The translations under genes were made by a program, and so were the position numbers. The notes beneath the pieces are model-generated. The model saw nothing but the letters and a program-made list of their open reading frames with translations, ran no database searches and was not told where the DNA came from. 64,000 nt of DNA from Mustelus asterias (taxonomy: Eukaryota), in NCBI RefSeq assembly GCF_964213995.1, contig NC_135825.1, positions 51,088,001 through 51,152,000 of the forward strand, read 5' to 3'. Shown one piece after another: positions 27,646-40,004 of the stretch; the first letter of the stretch is position 1; each line of letters opens with the position of its first letter.

Positions 27646-28589
27646 GTATGTCCTTAGACAAGAAGCACAGGCAAACAATTATGAAATCAAATGATATATT
27701 GGCCTTCATTACAAAGGGATTCAAGTATAAGAGCATAGGGCCTTGGTGAGGTCACAGGTTGGATATTCAACCTGGAGTCAGGAACCCAACGCCAAGATCA
27801 TTTCCAGGTCCCAACCCTGCAATGCATCAGCATCAATGATGTGACATAATTTTCCTATGCAAAGGGCCTAATTGATCCAGGACTGAGTTGACACCCAATA
27901 AGAGGTGTCAGGAGCATCCTGGCAGTGGCACCCAGTAACCAAGGACCCTCCAAGATGGGGGTAGAAGCCACAGGCATCTCAGCCACAAACAGGGGCAAGG
28001 GAACAGACTGCCTCCACCCTCATCCTCAATCATGGGGATGGGGAGCATCTTGTAGAAGTGGGTGTGAACACAAGGCACCATATTGTTAGTTACACTTCAT
28101 GAGTTACCTGGATAATCTTTTCTCAGTTTCTTCATTTTTTCCAATGATAATTGCTTATGTTTTAAATCAAACTTCTGTGTTATTAATCCTTAATATCAAT
28201 AGGGAAATGAAGGTGGGGGTGGCTGAGTTTTATACAGTTCCATGGTTTGTGATGTGGGAATAATGTAGGTGCTGGAATTGCCATTATCAGTGGCTAGTGA
28301 ACCTATAGAATTCTCTACCACAGAAGGTTTCTATGCTTCTGGTTTTTGGATGACAATGGGATTCTTCAGATGCAGGCTATTTTCTAATTGATGGAAAGTG
28401 AGTTACACGGTCATTAGTCATAAGGGCTGTGGAGCACTCAAATGAAATGTTGCTGAATTAGTGTGGCCCTTACTGCCATGTCAGCTTGGTGATCACCATG
28501 AGCCCTGAGACAGCATTGTTGGTCTTCTATCAGTGCCTGGAGACTAGGCACTCTGGACCACCCACTTCATCCTACTTTTCCTCCTCTTC

Positions 28590-29135
28590 TTCCTTATTTC
28601 CATCCTCTGGTAAAGAGTGGTGTTCCAGTCCTCTTTGTATAATCATGTTGGGCACACATCAGATAACCACAATACATCTGGCTGGCTCATTCCTGAGGGC
28701 ATCGCCCAAGTGGTCAAAGCAACAGAAGCGCATCTTCGAGATGCCAATGGTCGATTCAGTGCAGGCTCGTGATAGGAGATGGCTCTGGTTCTCTCGTGCC
28801 TCTCTCTATCTGGGTACTGGACGGAAATCATGAGCCATATTCTCAGAGGATAACCCTTTGCACCCAGCAGCCACCCATGGCAAGTGGATGTTGGCCTGAG
28901 GAGATGTCGCACCTGGGATTCTCATCGGATGAAGAAATCATGACAGGAGCCGAGCACAGACCTGAAAGATGCGTTTCCTGTGACTCTGGAACAGCTGGAT
29001 AGACCTGCTTTGTTCAGGAATCCAGCTCAATGGACTTTTGATGCCTTGATGGCTACATGGGTACAATCAATAGCCCACTGGACCTGAGGAAACTTGGATA
29101 GATGGCCCGCCCTCCCTTTAGCCAAATAATAGCCA
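28590..29135 (-). mobile_element. PIF/Harbinger DDE transposase remnant (internally deleted)
   Basis: FPQVQWAIDCTHVAIKA and GWLLGAKGYPLRIWLM correspond to the Harbinger/HARBI1 motifs GAIDCTH and LLGDxGYP; frames broken. Confidence 0.8.
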
Positions 29136-29559
29136 CTTAAAGGCCTCTTCCCACACTCACTGCAATTTACCCCGCAGTGGGTGGAAGCTAAGCGGGAAGC
29201 CTGGCAGCTTGCCCTGCTTGGGCTGGTGGCAGGCAAGAGGGGGTTACCTCTTTCACGTGAATTCTGGTGGGCCTCCGTGCAATGTAAAATTCCGCCTTTA
29301 AACAGTAGCTCATTATGTCCATAACTCAAATCATTTCCTGGCAAGTGTTCAAATCTAGCATTGTGAGAGGATTTCAAATGCAGAATAGCAGCTCAGACTT
29401 GAAGCCATTACACCTAGTGCTTTCCAATTTCGATAAGCTTATTCAGGACTGAACAGGAATCAAATCTTGAACCTTCATTTATGGGAGAAATGAATTTACA
29501 AAATAAACTTTACTGTGCAAAAGGATAGGACAACAAGTGAATGAATGTATCAGCATCTC

Positions 29560-30560
29560 CAATTTCCCCCCAATTCCTACACCATCCTGATTTTGCTGCT
29601 CCTTCATTCTTGTCAAGTCAAAATCCACAATACAAACACAGCCCTTATCAAAGTCAAAAATAGCACCCTATGTGACTTTGACAAACATAGAAGCATAGAA
29701 ACTAGGAACAGGAGTAGGCCATTCAGCCCTTCGATCCTGCTTGGCCACTCAATATGATCATGACAGATCCTCAATCTCATTGCCATTTTCCTGCTTTCTC
29801 CTCCATACCCCCTGATGCCATTAAAATCAAAAAAACTATCTCTTTCTTGAATACATTCAGTGACCTAGCCTCTAGAGCCTTCTGTGGTAGAGAATTCCAT
29901 AGGTTCACTACCCTTTGAGTGAAGAAACCTTTCCTCATCTCAGTCCTAAATGGTCTACCCTGCATCCTGAGACTGTGTCCCTGGTTCTAGATTCAAGACC
30001 CTGGTATCAGCCTAGCAGACCTCTGCTACACTCTGTCTTTGGTCTCTCTCCTTTTCTTAGGTAGAGAGAGACGAAAACTACACGCAATACTCCAGGTGTG
30101 GTCTCACCCAGGCACTGTATAACTGCAGTAAGATATCCCTCCTGCAGAACTAAAATATCTTCATCCTTTTCAACCTATCTGTAGCCTTTCACATGGCTGA
30201 CCACTCCATCCTCCTCCAACACTTCTCCACTGTCATCCAGCTGGGTGGGACTGATCTTGCCTGGCTCCATTCTTACCTAACTCATCCAAACCTGAGAGTC
30301 AATAGCAATGGCTTCTTTTCCTGCTCCCACACTGTTAACCTCTGGTGTCACCCAAGGATCTATCCTTGGTCCCTTCCTTTTTCTCATCCACATGTTGCTA
30401 CTTGGCAACATCATCCAAAACCACACTTTTCTCACCTACCTTGATGACACCCAGCTTTACCTCACCACCACCTCTCTTAACTTCTCCACTGTTGCTGAAT
30501 CATCAGACTGCTTATCCGATATCCAGTACAGTTCTGATGATCAGAAAATTCCTTCAGTTA
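29560..30560 (+). mobile_element. L2 LINE RT fragment interrupted by CR1 (29684-30150)
   Basis: HNTNTALIKV, AFHMADHSILL, TSGVTQGSILGPFLF, YLDDTQLYL. Confidence 0.85.
29684..30150 (-). mobile_element. CR1 LINE 3' fragment nested in L2
   Basis: FRTEMRKGFFTQRVVNLWNSLPQ; tail aacatagaagcatagaaactagg. Confidence 0.9.
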
Positions 30561-30561
30561 T

Positions 30562-30883
30562 GGGGCGGCACAGTAGCACAGTGGTTAGCACTGCTGCTTC
30601 ACAGCTCCAGGGACCTGAGTTCGATTCCCGGCTTGGGTCACTGTCGGTGTGGAGTTTGCACATTCTCCTTGTGTCTGCGTGGGTTTCCTCCGGGTGCTCC
30701 GGTTTCCTCCCACAGTCCAAAGATGTGCCGGTTAGGTGGATTGGTCATGGTAAATTGACCCTTAGTGTCAGGGGGATTAGTAGGGTAAATACATGGGGTT
30801 ACAGGGATAGGGCCTGGGTGGGATTGTTGTTGGTGCAGGCTGGATGGGTTGAATGGCCTCCTTCTGCACTGTAGGATTTCTAT
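30562..30883 (+). mobile_element. HE1-type V-SINE, full length
   Basis: ggggcggcacagtagcacagtggttagcactgctgcttcacagctccagggacctgagttcgattccc head, V core and CR1-like tail. Confidence 0.92.
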
Positions 30884-30949
30884 AATGTTGTTGTGAAGTG
30901 TCTTGGGACATTTGTGTTAATCAAATATAGGCTGGTGTAGCGGATGGTT

Positions 30950-32120
30950 AAATCCTTGAGCTACTTCAATTGTTGTTGGAGGTGAAGGTAGAGGGGACAG
31001 GGAGAGGGTTTAAGAAGATGGTTTGCAGTAGGGAAAAGAAAGCAGGGGTTATCTTTTCATTCTAGGATGAGTCTGGAATAGTGAGCAGCCTTAGCAGACA
31101 GGAGTCGGGTTTGATGGCGCTTAAAGTGGTCCAATGGCTGAACCAATTATCCGCCACACTGGATCAAGTTTGCATTCCTTGGACTTAAGGGAGCAGAGTT
31201 GAGGGACAATGGACAGGGACAGTTGACTGGGGAATGGCCAGTGTGAGAGAGAGAGTGATGGGGACAAGGGCATCAAAAATGGAGGTGAGGGTGTGGTTGA
31301 TCAGATTGGTATGGGCAGTATTTTCCTGTCCCTCCTGCCATGGGAATCGTAGCAGGTGGGGGGCGGACCAGGCATTGACCTTGGGTGGGATTTTCTGGTC
31401 TTGGAGCAAGCACGGCTGGAAAACCACGCCCGTAGTTGCAGCAATGTCATGGTGAACAGAGGATCAAAGGCTAGATCGTTGGTAGTTTGAAAGTGCAGCC
31501 CTAAGTGAATGGGAAGACAGTTTCTTCTGAGCTAGACCCTGAAGGAGGTACAGTTGGGTAGGTAAGTGAAATGTGAGTGGAGAATAATACAAGTATGGGA
31601 TAGGGATGGTCACATCTGTGTTTGATGTGATGAGAATAATGAAAGACATGTGAGGTGGCGAGGGCAAAGGGGTGGCCATGAGTATGGGTTGGGGAGGTTA
31701 TATGAAGGGAGCTATTATAGGTGGATAAGAGGACAGTGAACTCAGAGGAGAGAGAGCATGATGCCATAAGGTGGAGGTTGAAATCAGCAAAGATGAGAAA
31801 TTGCTCAATGCTGAGGCTGAGTGAGGAAAGCAGTGAAGGTATCTTGGTGAGAAAATTTTGATGGTACTTGGTTGAGAAGTAGTTAATGAGAATTTTAAAT
31901 GAGAGGTGAGTGAGGTGGAACAAGGTGGCGTGCTCAAAGGAGGAGTAAGGACTAACAGGGAAACAGATCATGGCGAGAGTTAGTGATAAGAGTCAAGCCA
32001 CCATGGCAACAATCTAGACAGGACAAATGGTGAAAGGTATAGCCAGGAGGTGAGGCTTCAGTTAGGGGAGAGCATCATCACTACTTAGTCAGGTTTCACT
32101 CAATGCTGCCATCCACAATG
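30950..32120 (-). mobile_element. L2 LINE endonuclease-region remnant
   Basis: SSFEH..., LIFADFNLH, PTHTHGHP motifs on the minus strand; small GC-rich insert at about 31333-31432. Confidence 0.7.
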
Positions 32121-32164
32121 AGCTGCTGGTTGGCACAAGTGAACAAGTCCCATTTCTTATGTTC

Positions 32165-32320
32165 TTATACATTTAAGACCGAGATCGACAGATTTTTCAT
32201 CTCTCAGAGCAGGTGGGAAAATGGAGTTGAAGCCCAAGATCAGCCCCTGATTGTATAGAATGGCGGAGCAGGTTCAATGGCCTATGTAATCTACTCTTAC
32301 TCCTATTTCTTATGTTATTA
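32165..32320 (+). mobile_element. CR1 3' tail
   Basis: atttaagaccgagatcgacagattt...aagatcagcc...aatggcggagcagg...ctcctatttcttatgtt. Confidence 0.75.
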
Positions 32321-34494
32321 ACAGACGTTCTGGAGGGAGATACAGAGAAGGGTGGTGGTGAAAGCTGATCCACTGGCAGAGGCCACAGGTGTGGAGATGC
32401 GCGGCGTTGGACTGGGGAGTGGAGAGAATCTCCAAGAAGATTGCGCATATTGACACAGACATCAAGTTTCTACAAAGAGGCCACAGGGTCAGCATTGGAA
32501 AGGGTGTATTGGATGGGAATTAGATTGATAAGATTTGTCCCCAGCAGGAGAGAAAAATGGCAGAGTGGCATAAATCGACCAGCGGGTTCTGGAGATTCAG
32601 AACTCAATGGCAAATTTCTTACCATCCTGAGCTTGCCGGCCAATTTGCACATTAATAACAATCTGTGTCATTAACACGCTGTTATTTTTTCAACAGGATT
32701 CAGTTCTTTATTCCTCCAAGATTTTCACTGCTCTGTTGAAGACGTAGTAATTTAATTGCATTACTGTAATAGGACAGTATGTATGTTGAGACTGTACTGT
32801 CTCTGGCAGCTTGCTAAATGCAAAACATAATCACTAGCAAAAGTATGAATGTGTTTGGATGATGTCTGCAGGAGATTGTTAATATGGAGAGAGAACAGAG
32901 CACTCGGCAATCATGGACTGATGGAGAAAGAACTTGTGATTTATTGCCTAACCATCACTTAACTATTCCTGAGGATTTGTGTTACAGAGGCCAGCAGATT
33001 GAGATTGTCTAAAGCCCTGCCACCAATTACCCTCAAAACTCACCTGAGAGAAGAGGTTCATCCCATTTATAGGGTCACAATTTGAACGCAGATGTGAAAG
33101 AATTGTCCTGCTGCTAATACACTGCCCCACTCAGCCTCTCTAAATGGGAATTACTGCGTTGTTAATGATTTCATGCCATGTGGAAAATATAATAAATTCA
33201 GCATAATTCTCAATTCTTCACTTCATCCCATGGAGCAGCAACTAAATAAATAACTTCAATAGTTTTCAACCCAGTAAAATATTCCTATTCCTGAAACAGG
33301 CGCTGTTGATTGTGGAAAACTATTGAGGTGGACTTTATTTGCCTGTTGAATTTGTTACCGTGAAATTGAGTATCATTGTATCTTGTAGGCTTGGAATATA
33401 CTAATCACAGACTACATCAGTCTGCTAGCCTTGAGGCTGCTTCCAGCTGTCAGATATATAGGGAGGTGGCGGAAGGAATGCACAAAACCTCCAAGCAACA
33501 CATCTACCCAACCCTTCAAGCACCATTATGTGGCAGAGTCAAGTGACTGTCTTATGTTTATGGCCCCTATTATTGGTCTCCTAACATGTGCAAATATCTT
33601 CTCTCCGTTACCCTATCAAACCCTTTCATAAACTTAGATCTTGATCAAATCATCTCTCAGTCTTCTCTTTTCTCGGGTAAAGAGCCCCAGCCTGTTCAAT
33701 GCTTCCTGGTAGCATTGATCCCACAGTTCTGATTTCATTCTAGTAAATATGTTTTGCTTCTTCTCCAGCATTTCTACAGCCTTTTTAACACAGAACCATA
33801 TGTTGAGCCATATACATACTCCAGGAGCAATATCCTGATTGGCCTCCAACAACCAAAACCATCTCCCCTTGTGATGGGTATGACTCCAGGCAGTAGACAG
33901 ATTTTCCCCCTGATTCCCTATGCATATGTTCAGGCAGCAAACACCAACTAACGACCAGCAAGAGGAATTCTGCTGGATTAATTTTCCACAATCATCGATA
34001 CTTCAATTCTTGACAGAAGCCAGAAGAACCTGAGACTGATTTATTCAGCCACAGACTTACGAGGTGAAATTTTATTTGATTACTGGGTAACAAATGCAGC
34101 ACTGACAGATTCAAAGGTAAATAAAGTTCACCTCATTGGCTTCCTTTTTCCATTATCAACAGGACCTGTTTCAGGGTTAGGAATGGTTTATGGTTAGAAA
34201 CTATTTAAATATTTATTTAGTGCAGAAAGCTTTGCTGCCTCATGGGATGAAGGACAGAATTTAGATTTGTGTTTTATTTATTATACTTTCCACGTAGCCT
34301 GGAATCATGACCAGTGCAGTAAATCACATTTAGAATGGCTGCGTATCAAAAACATCACAAATCTTTCTCCCATCAGGGTGAATTCAGCCCCCAAGACAGG
34401 ATGAAAATCTCCTCTTCTCAAGTGGATTTTGTGTGCAATTAGGGTGCAAGTTTGGTTGACAGTTCTTAGTTGACCTAAATCTGCAGACGGGATA

Positions 34495-34785
34495 AGCCAG
34501 AGGTGGTAGTGGTATTGTCAATGGACTAGTAATCCAGAGCCCCAGACTAATGCTAACCAGGGTAATGAACACAGGACCCATATTCGAATCCCACCATGGC
34601 AGATGCTGAAATTTGAATTCAATTTTTAAAAATCTGGAATTAAATGATGCCATCTTTATCTGGATGTTATCTGCCTCTTAAATGCCTGCTGAATTGGCCT
34701 AGCTATCCAATTCAAGGGTAATGAAGGAATGGCAATAATTGCTGATCGAGACTGCAACATCCACAACCAATGATTTAAAAAAAAC
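34495..34785 (+). mobile_element. tRNA-derived SINE, family C (other copies 52590-52892 minus, 60168-60498 minus, 62858-63203 plus)
   Basis: gtggtattgtcaatggactagtaatccagag...ttcgaatcccaccatggcag...aatttgaattcaa...aaatctggaat; four mutually similar copies in the window. Confidence 0.75.
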
Positions 34786-35027
34786 ACCACCTCAACAAAG
34801 AGCTGGGATATCTCTGGCATGCATAGCTCTGACTTAGACTCCTGCTGCTGAGTGGCAGGACAGTCCTCCTTTAGTTCAAAGCTTAGACCGCTGCTTCACA
34901 AGTGATAATCAAAAGTGGTCCAGATCATTTTCAGTGGGACTAGCAAACTCAGAATAACTGTCCTCTAAAAAAAGGTGAATGTTGAGATTAAATTATCTGG
35001 CATGAATTCTAAATTTATATTCAGTTA

Positions 35028-37436
35028 CTGACAGTGAATTCAGAGTGTTCCTGATTACTATAAACTCTGATGGTGATTTCAGAGTGCCTCTGATCACTAT
35101 ACACTGTGACAGTGAATTCAGAGTGTTCCTGATCACTGTACACAGTGAATTAGAGTGATCTTGGTCACAATATACTGTGACAGTGAATTCAGAGTGCCTC
35201 TGATTGCGATACACTGACAGTGAATTCAGAGTGTTCCTGATCACTGTACACTGTGACAGTGAATTCAGAGTGATCTTGGTCACAATATACTGTGACAGTG
35301 AATTCAGAGTGCCTCTGATCACTATACACTGTGACAGTGAATTCAGAGTGATCTTGGTCACTATACACTGTGACAGTGAATTCAGAGTGATATTGGTCAC
35401 TATACACTGTGACAGTGATTTCAGAGTGCTTCTGATCACTATATACTGTGACAGTGAATTCAGAGTGCCTCTGATCACTATACACTGTGACAGTGAATTC
35501 AGAATGTTCCTGATCACTGTACACTGTGACAGTGAATTCAGAGCGATCTTGGTCACTATACACTGTGACAGTGAATTCAGAGTGTCTCTGATCACTGTAC
35601 ACTGTGACAGTGATTTCAGAGTGCCTCTGATCGCGATACGCTGCGACAGTGAATTCAGAGTGTTTTTGATCACTGTACACTGTGGCAGTGAATTCAGACT
35701 GATCTTGGTCACTATACACTGTGACAGTGATTTCAGAGTGCCTCTGATCGCGATACACTGTGACAGTGAATTCAGAGTGTTCCTGATCACTGTACACTGT
35801 GACAGTGAATTCAGAGCGATCTTGGTCACTATACACTGTGACAGTGAATTCAGAGTGTCTCTGATCACTGTACACTGTGACAGTGATTTTAGAGTGCCTC
35901 TGATCGCGATACACTGTGACAGTGAATTCAGAGTGTTCCTGATCACTGTACACTGTGACAGTGAATTCAGAGCGATCTTGGTCACTATACACTGTGACAG
36001 TGAATTCAGAGTGTCTCTGATCACTGTACACTGTGACAGTGATTTCAGAGTGCCTCTGATCGCGATACGCTGCGACAGTGAATTCAGAGTGTTTTTGATC
36101 ACTGTACACTGTGGCAGTGAATTCAGACTGATCTTGGTCACTATACACTGTGACAGTGATTTCAGAGTGCCTCTGATCGCGATACACTGTGACAGTGAAT
36201 TCAGAGTGTTCCTGATCACTGTACACTGTGACAGTGAATTCAGAGTGTCTCTGATCACTGTACACTGTGACAGTAATTTCAGAGTGCCTCTGATCGTGAT
36301 ACACTGTGACAGTGAATTCAGAGTGTTCCTGATCACTGTACACTGTGACAGTGAATTCAGAGTGTTCCTGATCACTGTACACTGTGACAGTGAATTCAGA
36401 GCGATCTTGGTCACTATACACTGTGACAGTGAATTCAGAGTGTCTCTGATCACTGTACACTGTGACAGTGAATTAGAGTGATCTTGGTCACTATACACCG
36501 TGACAGTGAATTCAGAGTGTTCCTGATCACTGTACACTGTGACAGTGAATTCAGGGTGTCTCTGGTCACTATACACTGTGACAGTGAATTCAGAGTGATC
36601 TTGGTCACTATACACTGTGACAGTGAATTCAGAATGTTCTTGATCACTGTACACTGTGACAGTGAGTTCAGAGTGATCTTGGTCACTATACACTGTGACA
36701 GTGAATTCAGAGTGTCTCTGGTCACTATACATTGTGACAGTGAACTCAGTGTGTTCCTGATCACTGTACACTGTGACAGTGAATTCAGAGTGTTCCTGAT
36801 CACTGTACACTGTGACAGTGAATTAGAGTGATCTTGGTCACTATACACCGTGACAGTGAATTCAGAGTGTTCCTGATCACTGTACACTGTGACAGTGAAT
36901 TCAGAGTGTTCCTGATCACTGTACACTGTGACAGTGAATTCAGAGTGATCTTGGTCACTATACACCGTTACAGTGAATTCAGAGTGTTCCTGATCACTGT
37001 ACACTGTGACAGTGAATTCAGAGTGATCTTGGTCACTATACACCGTGACAGTGAATTCAGAGTGTTCCTGATCACTGTACACTGTGACAGTGAATTCAGT
37101 GTGTTCCTGATCACTGTACACTGTGACAGTGAATTCAGAGTGATCTTGGTCACTATACACTGTGACAGTGAATTCAGAGTGTTCCTGATCAATGTACACT
37201 GTGACAGTGAATTCAGAGTGTTCCTGATCACTGTACACTGTGACAGTGAGTTCAGAGTGATCTTGGTCACTGTACACTGTGACAGTGAATTCAGAGTGTC
37301 TCTGGTCACTGTACATTGTGACAGTGAATTCAGAGTGTTCCTGATCACTGTACACTGTGACAGTGAATTCAGAGTGTTCCTGATCACTGTACACTGTGAC
37401 AGTGAGTTCAGAGTGTCTCTGGTTACGATACACTGT
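35028..37436. repeat. 39-bp minisatellite, about 62 units, resuming at 38162-38213 and 40005-40099
   Basis: Unit CACTGTGACAGTGAATTCAGAGTG(TTCCTGAT/ATCTTGGT/CCTCTGAT/TCTCTGRT)CACTRTA; 13-codon period explains the long repetitive ORFs. Confidence 0.98.
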
Positions 37437-38161
37437 AAGAAGTCTCACAGCACCAGGTTAAAGTCCAACAGGTTTATTTGGTAGCACAAGCTTTCGGAGT
37501 GTCACTCCTTCTTCAGGTGAGTGAGGAGTTGTGTTCACAAACAGGGTATATATAGACACAAACTCAATTTACAAGATAATGTTTGGAATGCGAGTTTTTA
37601 CAGGTAACCAAGTCTTAAAGGTACAGACAATGTGAGTGGAGAGAGGGTTAAGCACAGGTTAAAGAGATGTGTATTGTTGCCAGCCAGGACAGTTAGTGAG
37701 ATTTTGCAAGCCCAGGCAAGTTACAGTGGGGGTTACAGATAGTGTGACATGAACCCAAGATCCCGGTTGAGGCCGTCCTCATGTGTGTGAAACTTGGCTA
37801 TCAGTCTCTGCTCAGTGACTCTGCGTTGTCGGGTGTTGTGAAGGCCGCCTTGGAGAACGCTTACCCCATGATCAGAGGCCGAATGCCCGTGACCGCTTAA
37901 CCCTCTCTCCACTCACATTGTCTGTACCTTTAAGACTTGATTACCTGTAAAGACTCGCATTCCAACCATTATTTTGTAAATTGAGTTTGTGTCTTTATAT
38001 GCCCTGTTTGTGAACAGAACTCCCAATTACCTGACGAAGGAGCAGCGCTCCGAAAGCTAGTGGCTTTTGCTACCAAATAAACCTGTTGGACTTTAACCTG
38101 GTGTTGTGAGACTTCTTACTGTGTTTACCCCAGTCCAACGCCGGCATCTCCACATCATGAC
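37437..38161. mobile_element. Penelope foldback insertion (minus arm 37437-37897 with GIY-YIG C-terminus, plus arm 37895-38161)
   Basis: Two inverted terminal repeats, each with a hammerhead motif; imperfect TSD tacgatacactgt (37424-37436) / tactatacattgt (38162-38174). Confidence 0.88.
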
Positions 38162-38213
38162 TACTATACATTGTGACAGTGAATTCAGAGTGTCTCTGGT
38201 CACTATACACTGT

Positions 38214-40004
38214 CGAGGGCATCCTGAAACCCATTGTACAAAGAACCTCCAGCTTCTGTCGCGACACTACGGACTTCCTACAGAAACGCAGCACACATGG
38301 AGCAGTTGAACCAGGAGCAATCCTCGTCACAATGGGTGTCTCGGCACTCTACACCAGCAACCCCCACAATGATGGCATTGCTGCAACTGCCTCAGTACTC
38401 AATGCCGACAACTGTCAATCTCCAGATGCAATTCTACAACTCATCCGTTTCATCCTGGACCACAACGTCTTCACCTTCAACAACCAGTTTTTCTTCCAGA
38501 CACACGGAACAGCCATGGGGACAAAATTCACACCTCAATATGCCAACATCTTCATTAACAGGTTCGAACAAGACCTCTTGACCACACAGGACATTCAACC
38601 GGCCCTATACACTAGATACAGCGATGACATTTTCTTCCTTTGGACTCATGGCGAACAATCAGTGAAACAGCTATATGATGTCATCAACAAGTCCCATCCC
38701 ACCATCAGACTCACATGGATTACTCTCTGGAATCAGTTGCATTCTTGGACACATGCATCTCCATCAAGGATGGTTACCTCAGCACTTCACTGTACCGTAA
38801 GCCCATGGATAACCTCACAATGCTCCACTTCTCCAGCTTCCACCCTAAACACATTAAAGAAGCCATCCCCTATAGACTAGCCCTCCATATACACAGGATC
38901 TGCTCAGATGAGGAGGATCGCAACAGACACCTACAGACGCTAAAAGATGCCCTCATAAGAACAGGATATGGCGCTCGATCCATCACTCGACAGTTCTGAC
39001 GTGCCACACCTCCTCAGAAGACAAACACGAGACACGGCAGACAGAGTACCCTTCGTTGTCCAGTACTTCCCCAGAGCAGAGAATCTACGACATCTTCTCC
39101 AGAGCTTTCAACATGTCATCGATGAAGACGAACATCTCGCCAAGGCCATCCCCACACCCCCACTTCTTGCCTTCAAACAACCGCACAACCTCAAACAGAC
39201 CATTGTCCGCAGCAAACTACCCAGACTTCAGGAGAACAGTGACCACGACACCACACAGCCCTGTCACAGCAACCTCTGCAAGATGTGCCGGATCATCAAC
39301 ACGGATGCCATCATCTCACATGAGAACACCATCCACCAATACACGTTACATACTCTTGCGACTAGGCCAACATTGTCTACCTGATACGCTGCAGGAAAGG
39401 ATGTCCCGAGGCATGGTACATTGGGGAGACCATGCAGACGCTACGACAACAAATGAATGAACACCACTCGACAATCACCAGGCAGGAGTCTTCCTTTCCT
39501 GTCGGGGAACACTTCAGCAGTCATGGGCATTCAGCCTCTGATCTTCAGGTAAGCGTTCTCCATGGCGGCCTTCACAACATACGACAACGCAGAATCGCCG
39601 AGCAAAAACTGATAGCCAAGTTCCGCACACGAGGATGGCCTCAACTGGGATCTTGGGTTCATGTCACACTATCTGTAACCCCCACGACTTGCCTGGGCTT
39701 GCAAAATCTCACTAACTGTCCTGTCTGGAGACAATACACATCTCTTTAACTTGTGCTTAAACCTCTCTCCAATCACATTATCTGTACCTGTAGAGACTTG
39801 ATTACCTGTAAAGACTCGCATTCCAACCATTATCTTGTAAATTGAGTTGTGTCTATGTATGCCCTGTTTGTGAACACAACTCTTCACTCACCTGAAGAAA
39901 GAGCAACACTCCGAAAGCTTGTGCTACCAAATAAACTTTAACCTGGTGTTGTGAGACTTCTTACTGTGCTTACCCCAGTCCAACGCCGGCATCTCCACAT
40001 CATG
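38214..40004 (+). mobile_element. Penelope-like element (Neptune-type), 5'-truncated, RT + GIY-YIG pseudogene with 3' terminal repeat
   Basis: RDTTDFLQK, GTAMGTKFTPQYANIF, YTRYSDDIFF, FLDT, Cys linker PCHSNLCKMC, GIY-YIG region with YIGET and VGEHF; frameshifts and stops; TSD actatacactgt (38202-38213 / 40005-40016). Confidence 0.93.

Noticed and set aside
28590-29135. Domesticated HARBI1 gene
   Set aside because: Catalytic motifs are mutated (LGAKGY, QWAIDC), frames are broken and the region between motifs is deleted; it is a dead transposon.
35028-37436. CRISPR-like array
   Set aside because: Eukaryotic context, no unique spacers (only a few recurring 8-bp variants) and no cas genes.
35028-37436. 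Array of V(D)J recombination signals (heptamer CACAGTG in each unit; 39 bp equals 7+23+9)
   Set aside because: No ACAAAAACC-like nonamer at 12- or 23-bp spacing (GAACACTCT and ATTCACTGT are found there) and no Ig/TCR segments; at most cryptic heptamers.
34993-37484. Long repetitive ORFs (up to 605 aa) on both strands
   Set aside because: By-product of a 39-bp (13-codon) unit that is stop-free in several frames; 1-bp deletions shift the frames, and there are no clear splice sites or unique coding flanks.
38995-39001. In-frame TGA in the Penelope ORF as selenocysteine (as in Naiad elements)
   Set aside because: The paralogous copy at about 45312 has CGA (Arg); this is ordinary CpG decay at a non-Cys position.
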